From a virus, in IMG/VR virus record IMGVR_UViG_3300013094_004547, positions 10,781-74,780 of that record: a DNA stretch of 64,000 nt. One strand, given 5' to 3'. Below, in pieces: positions 9,658-18,493 of the stretch (positions within the stretch are counted from its first letter, which is position 1; every line of letters begins with the position of its first letter). Both the position numbers and the translations under genes were made by a program. The notes below the pieces were generated by a model. It made no database searches. It was not told the origin of the DNA and saw only the letters and a program-made list of their open reading frames with translations.

Positions 9658-10727
9658 GGATACGAGATCCCGCCGCCGGCGGCTTGCGCTAGGCTCGCCA
9701 TATGCCCGGGCGAGGCCATGACAGCGTCGGCGAAGTCGAGGTCGAAGTAGCCGTCGCCGACCACCTCGGAGATCGCCGCCGACACCCAGGCGGCGTAGAT
9801 CGTCTGGCCGGGGGCGGCGCGCTCCAGAAGCAGCAGCTGCAGCGCCGTCTCGATGGCGAGGCGCATCGACGGCGTGTCGTCGGATAGGTTGCGGATCGTG
9901 ATCCCGAGCCCCTGCGGGATCGGGGCGACCACGAAGAAGTCCTTCACGCAGACCGGCCGGACCGTGTCGAGGTAGGCCCGCACGTTCGCGACGTCGTCGT
10001 CGGTCGGGAGGCTGCCGTTGCCGGCGCGCAGCGCGTCGCACAGGAAGCGCACCACCACGGTGCCGATCCCCATGCCATTGGGGCTCGACCAGGCGCGGGT
10101 GACGCCCGGGACGGCGAGTGTCCACTGGATGTAGTCGTCGGCATCGCCGCCCATGGGCGGCCGGCGCAGGCGCAGCAGCACCCGGGTGCGGAGATCGTCG
10201 TCGCTCTCGGTGTCGGCCCCACCGTCGATCAGGACGACGGTCGCCTGCGCGTTGACGTTGGAGACCGCCACCGTCAGCGACAGCGGAGCGCCGGCGTCCC
10301 GGTTGCCGATCGCGCCGGCGGTCAGGCAGGTCACCGCAACCTCGGTCGCGGTCGCCGAGAGGTAGACGTCGGCCGCGGTCTGGTACTGGACGCCGTCCGA
10401 GGTCGCTAGGATTGACCCGGCCGACAGGAGCGTGCCCTTGACGCCAGTGAGCGCGATCGTGCCGGAGGCGAAGGTCGCCGCCTTGGGCCCGCCGAACAGA
10501 ATGTAGGCCCAGCGCAGCAGCCAGTCGCCCTCGGATTGATCCGGTAGCGCGTTCTTGGCGATGTAGGCGAGGTACTTCAGGTTCAGGAACGCGCCGCCGG
10601 CGTTCTGATCGGAGAGCACGCGCAGCGCGTTGTTCGGGACCGAGGCGTCGGCGCCCGGCAGGAACGCGGCCAAGTTATCGCGGTTCTGCCGGCGCACGCT
10701 CGGCAGGTCCGGCAGGTTGAACGGCAT
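9654..10727 (-). CDS. Baseplate J / Mu gp47-like protein
   Basis: GGADTESDDDLRTR, PPMGG..DY..W..VPGVTRAW, GTVVV. Confidence 0.93.
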   Translation of the reverse strand: MPFNLPDLPSVRRQNRDNLAAFLPGADASVPNNALRVLSDQNAGGAFLNLKYLAYIAKNALPDQSEGDWLLRWAYILFGGPKAATFASGTIALTGVKGTLLSAGSILATSDGVQYQTAADVYLSATATEVAVTCLTAGAIGNRDAGAPLSLTVAVSNVNAQATVVLIDGGADTESDDDLRTRVLLRLRRPPMGGDADDYIQWTLAVPGVTRAWSSPNGMGIGTVVVRFLCDALRAGNGSLPTDDDVANVRAYLDTVRPVCVKDFFVVAPIPQGLGITIRNLSDDTPSMRLAIETALQLLLLERAAPGQTIYAAWVSAAISEVVGDGYFDLDFADAVMASPGHMASLAQAAGGGISYP

Positions 10728-10800
10728 GGATCAGCCTCAGGCGCGCCGCGGGTGCGGCTTTCGGCGGGACGGCTTGGGCGATGGCGGGGGAAGGCGGGCG

Positions 10801-11325
10801 TCAGCCGATCGGCGCTGAGACGACGATCCCCTGCCATAGATCACTGAAGCGGAGATCGAGCAGCAGCTCGTCGCCCCGGTACATCACGATCGACGCCGCG
10901 ATCCGCTCGATGCCGGCGCGCACCACGGTGACGTCCAGCCGGGTCGCGATCTTCCGGTCCAGGAACGGCTGCAGCGCCTCACGGATATCGTCCTCGATCT
11001 GGACGGTGGTCGAGCCCTTGCGGGCGGCCACCCCGGTAATCGTGGTCCGGGAGCGCAGCCACAGCTTCGAGCCGATCGGCCAGCCGTCCCAAATCTCCTC
11101 CGCGTCGAGGTCGCCCCACCAGCCGCGGCGGTCGGCGTCTCTGCTGTCCGGGAGTTCGTCGTCTGGACCGGCGAGCGCGTCGGTCATCAGCGCGATCGTC
11201 ACCGCGGTGGCGAGCTCGTCCGAGGTGTCGAGCTGGCCCGCCGGCGTGAGCAGCAGGTTGAGGTCGACGGCCTGAAAGGGCTGGCCCGGGGCCGTACCCT
11301 TCGGTGCAATCCGCACATCCGTCAT
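10801..11325 (-). CDS. Mu gp46-like baseplate protein
   Basis: LATAVTIALMTD, RRGWWGD, IGSKLWL. Confidence 0.92.
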   Translation of the reverse strand: MTDVRIAPKGTAPGQPFQAVDLNLLLTPAGQLDTSDELATAVTIALMTDALAGPDDELPDSRDADRRGWWGDLDAEEIWDGWPIGSKLWLRSRTTITGVAARKGSTTVQIEDDIREALQPFLDRKIATRLDVTVVRAGIERIAASIVMYRGDELLLDLRFSDLWQGIVVSAPIG

Positions 11326-11335
11326 GTTGCGCTCC

Positions 11336-12385
11336 TCAGCCTGGGCCGCCGAAGCGCATCGACTTCGTCTGGCCCTGCACGAGCCGCTTCTGCGGCTCCA
11401 GGAAGTTCAGCGCCGGCCCGGCTTGGTCGGCCAGCCGCTGGAGCGTGCCCCGCAGGTTCGCGATCTGGCCGATCACCGGGTTCGCACCCGTGAGATGCGC
11501 GATCTGGTCCGTCAGCTCGGCAGCCTTCGCGGCGATCGCCGCCTCCGGACCGCCGCTGGCGTTCAGCGACGCCAGTTCGTCGACCAGGTCGTCGACCGCC
11601 GCGATAATTGGGTTGTTGGCGATCAGGCCGGCGATCTGCGCCTCGAGACCGGCGATCAAGCCCTCCAGGTTGCCCGAGAGAAGGCTGGCGAGCCCCGCGA
11701 GGTTCGGGTTCAGGAACCGCTGAAGCGCCTGCTCAACCTGCTCCTGCAAGTAGGCCTTCGCCTTGGCCTCAATCGCGGCCTCCATGGCCTTGAGGCCCGA
11801 CGGATCCTGATTGAGGATCGGCGCCAGCGCGGAAAGGCCGGGGATCTGCGTCTGCGCGATCTCCCGCAGCTTCGATGTCACGTCGAACAAGCCGTGGAGG
11901 TTCTTCTCCGCCTGCGCGACGCGGGCCGCGAGGCCCTTGAGCTGCTCGTTGAGCTCGAAATCTTTCGTGGCCGGTTTCGGGCCCGCCGTCACGGTGACCT
12001 TCTTGCCGGTGGTGTTGATGCCGTCCCGAGTGAGGTGGACGTGCTGCTTCTGGTCGTCGTGGTGGGCGCTCTCGCCCGGCTTCATGTTCTTCGGGCGGTG
12101 GCGCCGATCCGCGACGCTGATCACCACCGGATGATCCGGGCTGCCGCCGAGATACGTGACCAAGGCCTCGGCCTGGTTCTGCTCCTGGTCGGTGGGCACC
12201 AACGGCACGCTGGTGAACCCGTAGGGATGCCAGTGCTCGACGTTGGTCAGCATCCGGCCGAAGCGGGCCCGGACCGTGACCTCCTGCATCTTCGTCTGGT
12301 CGCTCGCCTGGACCAGCGTGCCGCGCGAGATGCCGAGGTAAACGCGCCGCGCGGCATCGTCGGTGTCCGAGCGCAGCGTGCTCAT
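11336..12385 (-). CDS. Mu gp45-like baseplate spike with long helical C-terminal extension
   Basis: VEHWHPYGFTSVP, DRRHRP..MKPGE..HDD. Confidence 0.88.
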   Translation of the reverse strand: MSTLRSDTDDAARRVYLGISRGTLVQASDQTKMQEVTVRARFGRMLTNVEHWHPYGFTSVPLVPTDQEQNQAEALVTYLGGSPDHPVVISVADRRHRPKNMKPGESAHHDDQKQHVHLTRDGINTTGKKVTVTAGPKPATKDFELNEQLKGLAARVAQAEKNLHGLFDVTSKLREIAQTQIPGLSALAPILNQDPSGLKAMEAAIEAKAKAYLQEQVEQALQRFLNPNLAGLASLLSGNLEGLIAGLEAQIAGLIANNPIIAAVDDLVDELASLNASGGPEAAIAAKAAELTDQIAHLTGANPVIGQIANLRGTLQRLADQAGPALNFLEPQKRLVQGQTKSMRFGGPG

Positions 12386-13494
12386 GTCGAGGACTCGGGC
12401 TGGGCGGGCGTCGGGTTGGTGCCGAAGAAGCCGTCCGACGTAGTCGCGTCCGGATGCTGGACGTTCCAGGCGGCTTGGTTGCGCAGGTCGATCGAGGCGG
12501 TGGTCTGCCCTTCCGGTGACTGCGCGTAGGTGTAGCCCCAGACCTTCAGGTCGAGCTGGCCCGAGTCCGTCGGGAACAGCATCGGCGATTTGACCGTCAC
12601 GAACTCGGACAGGTCCCAGAGATTACCGGCCGGGTTGAGCCAGCCCTGGTAGGCAAGGCTCACCTGCAGGCGGGACGCCTCGATCGCCTGCGCCTCCATG
12701 TTGGTGCGCAGCTGCAGTTCCTTCTGCGAGAGCGGCATCTCGGCGAGCACGTTGCGGGTCAAACCCGGGACGCCGTCTAAAAGCTTCGATTGTGCGGAGA
12801 TCTCCGAGGCCTTACGGCCGAACAGGCTGTCTGAGCCGGGCTGCTGGGCGTTGCCCTTGATGGCCGTGGCGAGCGGCATCTCTAAGCTGCAATTGCCCGA
12901 GAGGATGTTGACGCCTTCGGTGAAGACTAGGCTGCCACCAGTGGCCGACTTCGAGCCGGCCACGAGGTCACCGTTCGGCTCGGCCCAGAGCCAAAGGCCG
13001 CGCTGACGGCAGAGCCGCGAGATCGCGTCGAACGGCGTCTCCCCGTCGTGGATCACCACGTTCGGGAACGGCATGTTCCAGCCGTCCGGCCCGTTCTGGA
13101 CCTTGAACTTGAGCCCGTGCGGCTTCAGCAGTCGGTTGGCAATCGCGTCGATCGGGTAGCCGCGGAACTGACCGGTGCCGGCGTCGGCCGAGACCTTCGT
13201 CAGCGGGCCGGCCGCGCTGTAGCCAGAGATCTGCACCCCGTGGCGGTTGGCATCATAGGCCGCCTGTCGCCTCTCGATGAAACCGCCCTCGATGACGACT
13301 TGGCCGGCCATCGCGATGTCGATGCGCGTACCGGGAAACAGGCGCTGCTGGAATTTACCGCTCACCTCCGTGCAGGTGAGCGCGAACCGACGCATCCACC
13401 GCGTCTCGATATCTTGAGTGACCTGCACAGTCAGCCAGTCGCGGAAGGTGCCGCCGGTGGTGCGGACCTCGCAGATCAGATCAGAGCTGGGCAT
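12382..13494 (-). CDS. Mu gp44 (gpP)-like baseplate hub
   Basis: GETPFDAISRLCRQRG, EGVNILS, GW..GNLW. Confidence 0.88.
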   Translation of the reverse strand: MPSSDLICEVRTTGGTFRDWLTVQVTQDIETRWMRRFALTCTEVSGKFQQRLFPGTRIDIAMAGQVVIEGGFIERRQAAYDANRHGVQISGYSAAGPLTKVSADAGTGQFRGYPIDAIANRLLKPHGLKFKVQNGPDGWNMPFPNVVIHDGETPFDAISRLCRQRGLWLWAEPNGDLVAGSKSATGGSLVFTEGVNILSGNCSLEMPLATAIKGNAQQPGSDSLFGRKASEISAQSKLLDGVPGLTRNVLAEMPLSQKELQLRTNMEAQAIEASRLQVSLAYQGWLNPAGNLWDLSEFVTVKSPMLFPTDSGQLDLKVWGYTYAQSPEGQTTASIDLRNQAAWNVQHPDATTSDGFFGTNPTPAQPESST

Positions 13495-13497
13495 GGT

Positions 13498-14172
13498 TCA
13501 GGCGGATAGTGCCCGGCCCGAAGCCGGCATGAACAGCGGGTGGACCGTGTCGCGGTTCTCCGCGAGCAGCTCGTCCGCTCGCCCTGCGTCGCCGAACAAG
13601 CGGTTGGACAGCGTCAGCAGCGGCATGCGGGTCGCGAAGGTGTAGGGCACGATCCGCGGCAGCGGGCGCGCCCGGGTGTTGAGGTCGCGAACCGCGGCCC
13701 CGTGCATCGCCAGGATCGAGCGCCACACGGCGGTGTTGAACCGCCCGGCCGCGAAATCCTCGGCCGGAATGAAGGCGGCGTTCACGCGCGCCAGTGCCGC
13801 GTCGATATCCTGGCGGCTCGTGAAGGCGGCGGCCGCGAGAATGCGGGTCATCTGGGCCAGAGCGAACACGGCCGCAGTCTGCGCGACACGCTGCACCGGC
13901 AGGTCAATTGCCGTGACGGCTTGCGCCTCTTGCCGAACCCGATCCATGCCGGCGAAGGTGGCGCCGGCCGTGGTCGCCGCCCGATAGCAGGCCAGCAGCG
14001 GCGGACCGAAGGTGCCGGCCTGAACCTGATCGACCGCATCGGCCGAGAGGGCGCCGCAGAGCTGACGGAGAGTCGCCCCATCCTGGCTCGATGCGTCGAC
14101 GCCCGAGGCCAATAGAGCGTCGAGGACGGCCTGCAGAGCCGCGACGGCGATACGGCGCTGCGCGAAGGTCAT
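13498..14172 (-). CDS. Mu gp43 DNA-circularisation-like protein, C-terminal half
   Basis: PLLTLSNRLFGDAGRADELLAEN..HPLFMP. Confidence 0.85.
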   Translation of the reverse strand: MTFAQRRIAVAALQAVLDALLASGVDASSQDGATLRQLCGALSADAVDQVQAGTFGPPLLACYRAATTAGATFAGMDRVRQEAQAVTAIDLPVQRVAQTAAVFALAQMTRILAAAAFTSRQDIDAALARVNAAFIPAEDFAAGRFNTAVWRSILAMHGAAVRDLNTRARPLPRIVPYTFATRMPLLTLSNRLFGDAGRADELLAENRDTVHPLFMPASGRALSA

Positions 14173-14178
14173 GCAGCT

Positions 14179-14652
14179 CTAGCTCCAATCGTCGGCGGTG
14201 CCGGCAGACAGCGCGGCGGCGTTCTCCGCATCAAGCGCCGCGGCCAACGCATTGGCCTGCGTGTTGTCGGTCGAAGCGGCTGCAATCCCGCCACTGGCAT
14301 CGACGAACGCCATCTCGAAGTAGGCGATGCCGCCCTCTTCCTTGCGTTCAGCTCGCGGACCGAACTCGCAGCGCATGAACATGCGCCCGAGGATCGGGAG
14401 GATGAGGCTGCCCCCGCCTTCGCGGTTGAGGGCGCGCTCCAGCGCGTCGGCCTGATTGTTGTAATCATCGCCAATCACGTAGCCCGAGACGGTGACCCGG
14501 GTGACACGCTTGCCCAGGTCCTCGTCGAGGGAGCGGTCGCCCTTCGCGAACTCATAGGTGAAGCCGCGCCGCCCGTTGGTCCGGGAGTTGGCCGCGAGCT
14601 TGAACGGCACGCCCCGGTACGAGGCGGGGCGGAGATCGTCACGCCAGGACAT
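14179..14652 (-). CDS. Mu gp43 DNA-circularisation-like protein, N-terminal domain
   Basis: MSWRDDLRPASYRGVPF..GRR..YEF..EDLG. Confidence 0.92.
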   Translation of the reverse strand: MSWRDDLRPASYRGVPFKLAANSRTNGRRGFTYEFAKGDRSLDEDLGKRVTRVTVSGYVIGDDYNNQADALERALNREGGGSLILPILGRMFMRCEFGPRAERKEEGGIAYFEMAFVDASGGIAAASTDNTQANALAAALDAENAAALSAGTADDWS

Positions 14653-14695
14653 CCAGTGACCTCGACAAGCCCCAGGCGGGGGGTAGGTTGCGCGG

Positions 14696-15106
14696 ATGCG
14701 ACACGCCTCGATCGCCCTCGCCGTTGGTTCGGCCCTGTCGATGACGGGACCTGCAGCAGCACAGATGCCTCAGTCCGACGCGCTCCGGTTGGTGGGCGAT
14801 ATCCGTTGGGTCGGCGGTAACTGCCCGGCCTTACGGGTGGATTATGCGGCGACGCAGCGCTTCATGGACCGGACCGGGCTGATCAACGCTTTCAGCCCTG
14901 ACAGCCCCACGCAGCCCTACCTGGCCCAGCACGATCGACAGCTCGACGAGGGGCTGAAGGCTGTCGGCACGGAAACGATGTGCCAGTCCCTGCTGGACAA
15001 GTATCGGCCCACCGGCCTGCTCATCATCCGATCCGCCCCCGAAATCGAAGACCTCAACAGAATGAGGTCGACGAACGGGGGTGGGCCGGTAACGCCTCTG
15101 AAATGA
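14696..15106 (+). CDS. Exported accessory (moron) protein, antisense inside the tail operon
   Basis: Signal peptide ending AAA-Q, two Cys, opposite strand. Confidence 0.7.
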   Translation: MRHASIALAVGSALSMTGPAAAQMPQSDALRLVGDIRWVGGNCPALRVDYAATQRFMDRTGLINAFSPDSPTQPYLAQHDRQLDEGLKAVGTETMCQSLLDKYRPTGLLIIRSAPEIEDLNRMRSTNGGGPVTPLK

Positions 15107-15109
15107 CCC

Positions 15110-17605
15110 TCAGGCCTGCGCCATGCTCATCTGCGACTTGCCGTGGGAGACCGTGGTGTCGCCGAACAGATCGCTCATGTCCGCCTTCACCTGGGTCCCA
15201 GGCGGGCCGTCTACCTTGATGTGCAGGGTTCCGTTCTTGCTGCCCCCGGGCCCCGTCGGCTTGCCCACGGGGCTGTCGTCAGCCCGAGCCTTGCCCGCCG
15301 GCGGATCGCCCGCGTAGGCGTTCGGCCCAGCCCGATACCCCTTCGGGAACTGGAAGTGCGGGACGTCCTTGAACTTCTTCCAGTCGCCGCCCCACTCCAC
15401 CGGGATCCCGGCTTCCTCGGAGGCCTGCCGCATCGCGCGGTTGATCTCCTCGTACTTCTTGCGGTCGAGGTCGCCCACCGCCGGATCGCCGTCCGCCCGC
15501 ACATCGACCGCGCGGCCCTTCAGGTGCTCGCTGTCCATCGTCTTGGACCAGCCGCGGCGGACCATCTCGCGCTGGCGCTCCAACGTGCGCAGGCCCTCGT
15601 GGATGTGGAACTTGACCTTGCTGAGCTGCTGGGCCCGCTTCAGCACCTTGATCAGGTCAGCGTTCACACCCCGGCCGTCGGTCGGATCCGGGGCACCCTC
15701 GGCCTCTGGGGCCTCAGGTTCCGACGAAAGCGGGCCCGAAGATCCGGCCAGTGGGCCCACACTGGCGACGGCCCCGGCCCCTTTACCGAAACCCTGGATC
15801 TCAGCGAGGCGCTTTCTGATCGTCCCGAAGTATCGCGTGCCGGCGGTGCCGAACCCGTCGCGCCCCACCCGCCCGGACTCCAGATAGCCGAGCGCACCGA
15901 CGATGCGCCCCTGTCCTCGACCGGCGCCCTGATTGTGGGCGTAGCCGAGGATCTCCAGCTTCTTCTCGGGCGACATCCCCCGGTAGGCGGCGCTATTGCT
16001 CTCCAGGAACTTGTGGTGCTCCAGCGTGTAGCGCTCCATGAAGCGCTCCTGCATGGCCTTGTCGCCGAGGAACTGCGCGCGCGTGGGCGGCGCTTCACCG
16101 AGCTGCCGCGCGGTCTGCGCGATCTCCCTGGGTCCGAACTGGTAGCGCCCGGAGAACCGACCGCCGGACCCGCCAACCTGCTCGTAGCGCTTGCCCTCGA
16201 TGTCGGTCAGGCCCTCGCGGTAGGCACTCCACTGCGCATCGTTGATGCCCACCGCCCCCTTCAGGTCGTTGGCCTCGTAGGGGATGCCGACCGGACCCTT
16301 CTTGCCACCGCCGCGACTGTCGATCGCCCCCCTGCTACCGAACGGCCGACCGCGGATACCCTCGCCGAGATCCGGAGCGGCAGGTACGTCACGTGCCCCG
16401 CCGCCTGAACCGCCGCTGACGCCACCGCCCGAACCGCCGCCGGACCCACCGGTCGGGCTGCCATAAGCCGGGATCGCAGAGCCGGCACCCGTGGAACCGA
16501 AGCCGCCCCAGGCCGCCTTCTGGATCAGCGACCCGCCGCCACCCGTGGAACCGCCGAAGCTCGACGGGCTGACGCTCGCGCCGCCCGGCTGCTCGCGCAG
16601 CTTACGGATCTCGTCCGTCAACCGCTGCATCTCGGCAGCCAGCGCATCGCGCTTCTTTTGCGTTTCCGCCGCGCCGGCCTCGTCACCGTTCATGCGCTTT
16701 CGCGCGATGCTCTCGTCGAGGACGTCGAGCTGGCGCCGGATCTGATCCTGACGCTCGCGGGCCGGTGCGGCCTTCCGCTCCTGTTCCGCTCCTTCGAGAA
16801 CCTTGTCGGCGCCCTCCAGCAGCGGACCCAGGGTCTTAAGCTTCAGGTTCTCCCACCGGTTGTGCATCCGGTTGAGGTTTTGCTCGAAGCGCTCGGCCGC
16901 CTCCAGAATTGACTTATCGAGCGTGCCGAGTTCGGCCTGCAGCTTCGCCACTGCCTCGCGGATCGGACCGTTCAGGCTGCTGGCCACGATCCCGATATCA
17001 GGCGTGCCGAACAACAGCATCGACACACGGGCGCGCTTCTGGGGGTCCGGAACGCCACGCAGGCCTTCCATGGCCCGCTCGATTGCGGCCTCCATGTTCG
17101 GGGCGTTCACGAGGTCCTCGGCGAGCTTGCCGAGGTTCATGTTCTTCAACTCGCCGTAGGCCTGCCCCCAGCGCTGGCGCAGATCGACCATGTTGCCGGC
17201 GAACTGGTTGATCGCGCCCTTCATCGTCTCAGCCGAGACGCCGGCCTTGCCGCCAAGCTCCGATAAGGTTCTCAGTTCGTTGGCCGTCAGCCCGATCTGG
17301 CGGGCCATCTGGCTCAGATCGCGGGTCGAGCCCGAGAAGCCCTTCAGAGCCGTGACGACGCCGGCGACGGACAGAGCGGCCCCAAACCCGCCGAAGCCGA
17401 TCTTCGATAGGATCGGCTCAAAGCCACCCAGGACTCCGCGAACCTTCGAGATCTCCTCGCGCGCGACGCCCCAGTCCTTTTTCCAGGTCGCCCCGTGCTT
17501 GGCGGTTTCATCACCGACCTGCTTCAGGCTCTTCTGGAGCTTGGACAGAGGCCCGGTGAACTGGTCCTCGACGGTGGCGACGATTTTGAGCTTGTCGTCA
17601 GCCAT
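15110..17605 (-). CDS. Tape measure protein with lysozyme-like and M15 peptidase domains
   Basis: Helical N-terminus; IE..GRYQFG; EGLRT..RQ, SEHLKGRAVD, WGGDW..DVPHFQ. Confidence 0.88.
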   Translation of the reverse strand: MADDKLKIVATVEDQFTGPLSKLQKSLKQVGDETAKHGATWKKDWGVAREEISKVRGVLGGFEPILSKIGFGGFGAALSVAGVVTALKGFSGSTRDLSQMARQIGLTANELRTLSELGGKAGVSAETMKGAINQFAGNMVDLRQRWGQAYGELKNMNLGKLAEDLVNAPNMEAAIERAMEGLRGVPDPQKRARVSMLLFGTPDIGIVASSLNGPIREAVAKLQAELGTLDKSILEAAERFEQNLNRMHNRWENLKLKTLGPLLEGADKVLEGAEQERKAAPARERQDQIRRQLDVLDESIARKRMNGDEAGAAETQKKRDALAAEMQRLTDEIRKLREQPGGASVSPSSFGGSTGGGGSLIQKAAWGGFGSTGAGSAIPAYGSPTGGSGGGSGGGVSGGSGGGARDVPAAPDLGEGIRGRPFGSRGAIDSRGGGKKGPVGIPYEANDLKGAVGINDAQWSAYREGLTDIEGKRYEQVGGSGGRFSGRYQFGPREIAQTARQLGEAPPTRAQFLGDKAMQERFMERYTLEHHKFLESNSAAYRGMSPEKKLEILGYAHNQGAGRGQGRIVGALGYLESGRVGRDGFGTAGTRYFGTIRKRLAEIQGFGKGAGAVASVGPLAGSSGPLSSEPEAPEAEGAPDPTDGRGVNADLIKVLKRAQQLSKVKFHIHEGLRTLERQREMVRRGWSKTMDSEHLKGRAVDVRADGDPAVGDLDRKKYEEINRAMRQASEEAGIPVEWGGDWKKFKDVPHFQFPKGYRAGPNAYAGDPPAGKARADDSPVGKPTGPGGSKNGTLHIKVDGPPGTQVKADMSDLFGDTTVSHGKSQMSMAQA

Positions 17606-17783
17606 CCTCGTCCTCGCGTGGAGCGGGGCGCGGCATCAGCGCCAGGGTGCGGGCCATCAGGTGGGTCACGGTCGCCGCCGGCATCGCGGCCGGCGGATCG
17701 CGGAACGGCCACGCGTGGAACGCGAGGCCTAGGCGGAGGCAGTCGTCGACGGCATCGGCGGCAGGGCCGCCCACACGAAAAAA
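17598..17783 (-). CDS. -1 frameshift extension of the chaperone (gpE+E' / gpGT-like)
   Basis: T-TTT-TTC at 17777-17783; the -1 frame stays open to a TGA at 17598 overlapping the tape-measure start. Confidence 0.8.
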   Translation of the reverse strand, partial: FFRVGGPAADAVDDCLRLGLAFHAWPFRDPPAAMPAATVTHLMARTLALMPRPAPREDEDG

Positions 17784-18070
17784 CGGCTGAGGATGGTCCC
17801 CAGCTGCAGGATGTCACGGGCGCCGATCTTCATCAGCACCGGCGGCGGCGTTGCGGACAGGCTGGCGACAAGCGGGAAGAACTGGTCTGCCGACAGCCCT
17901 TCCAGGAGGCCGAATTTGAGGACCTCCTCGCCGGTGGGCTCGCGCAGGATCAGCACCTGCAGCGTGTCCTGGCCGACGACGATGGGCTTGGCGAGCGGAT
18001 GCTCCAACGGCCAGGAGATCTCGCGCGGGTCGCGGGCGGGGGGCACGGTATCCGTCATCGTAGCGCTCAC
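17729..18070 (-). CDS. Tail assembly chaperone (Mu gp41 / P2 gpE-like)
   Basis: L..PI..LILREPTG; lies between tube and tape measure. Confidence 0.85.
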   Translation of the reverse strand: MSATMTDTVPPARDPREISWPLEHPLAKPIVVGQDTLQVLILREPTGEEVLKFGLLEGLSADQFFPLVASLSATPPPVLMKIGARDILQLGTILSRFFVWAALPPMPSTTASA

Positions 18071-18426
18071 AGCTCGTCACAGGAGAGGCCGCGCCACTCG
18101 ACGGCGACCTTGCCGTCGGCGGTGCCGATCTCGTGCGCGCCAGCCGACCACGCGCTGGACAGGACGTAGTTCTTGCCGTTGGCGAGCTGGGCGGTGACCG
18201 TGATGTCCGTCATCGCGTCGAGTTCCGCGACGGAGAGGCCATCGGTCGTCGACAGGTCGGCCTTGATGAAGGGCACGAGCTGGGTCTCGATGAAGCCGTG
18301 GGGGCCGTCCTGGCCAGCCACGGACTCGCGCTTGATCCGCGAGGGCGAGACGATCAGGCCGCCGCGCAGATCGTACATCTTGCCGGCCGCTGTCAGGTAG
18401 GCGGTACCGGCGAACCTCTGACCCAT
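18067..18426 (-). CDS. Tail tube protein (Mu gpM-like)
   Basis: RFAGTAYL, RESVAGQDGPHGFIE..PFI, VTAQLANGKNYVL..AW. Confidence 0.92.
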   Translation of the reverse strand: MGQRFAGTAYLTAAGKMYDLRGGLIVSPSRIKRESVAGQDGPHGFIETQLVPFIKADLSTTDGLSVAELDAMTDITVTAQLANGKNYVLSSAWSAGAHEIGTADGKVAVEWRGLSCDEL

Positions 18427-18438
18427 GATCAGGCCTCC

Positions 18439-18467
18439 AAAGAAAAACCCGCCACGAGGGGCGGGTC
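18439..18467 (-). terminator. Rho-independent terminator-like hairpin between sheath and tube
   Basis: ACCCGCC-N6-GGCGGGT followed by TTTTCTTT. Confidence 0.6.
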
Positions 18468-18493
18468 ATGTTGCGGACGGGGTGGAGGACCGA

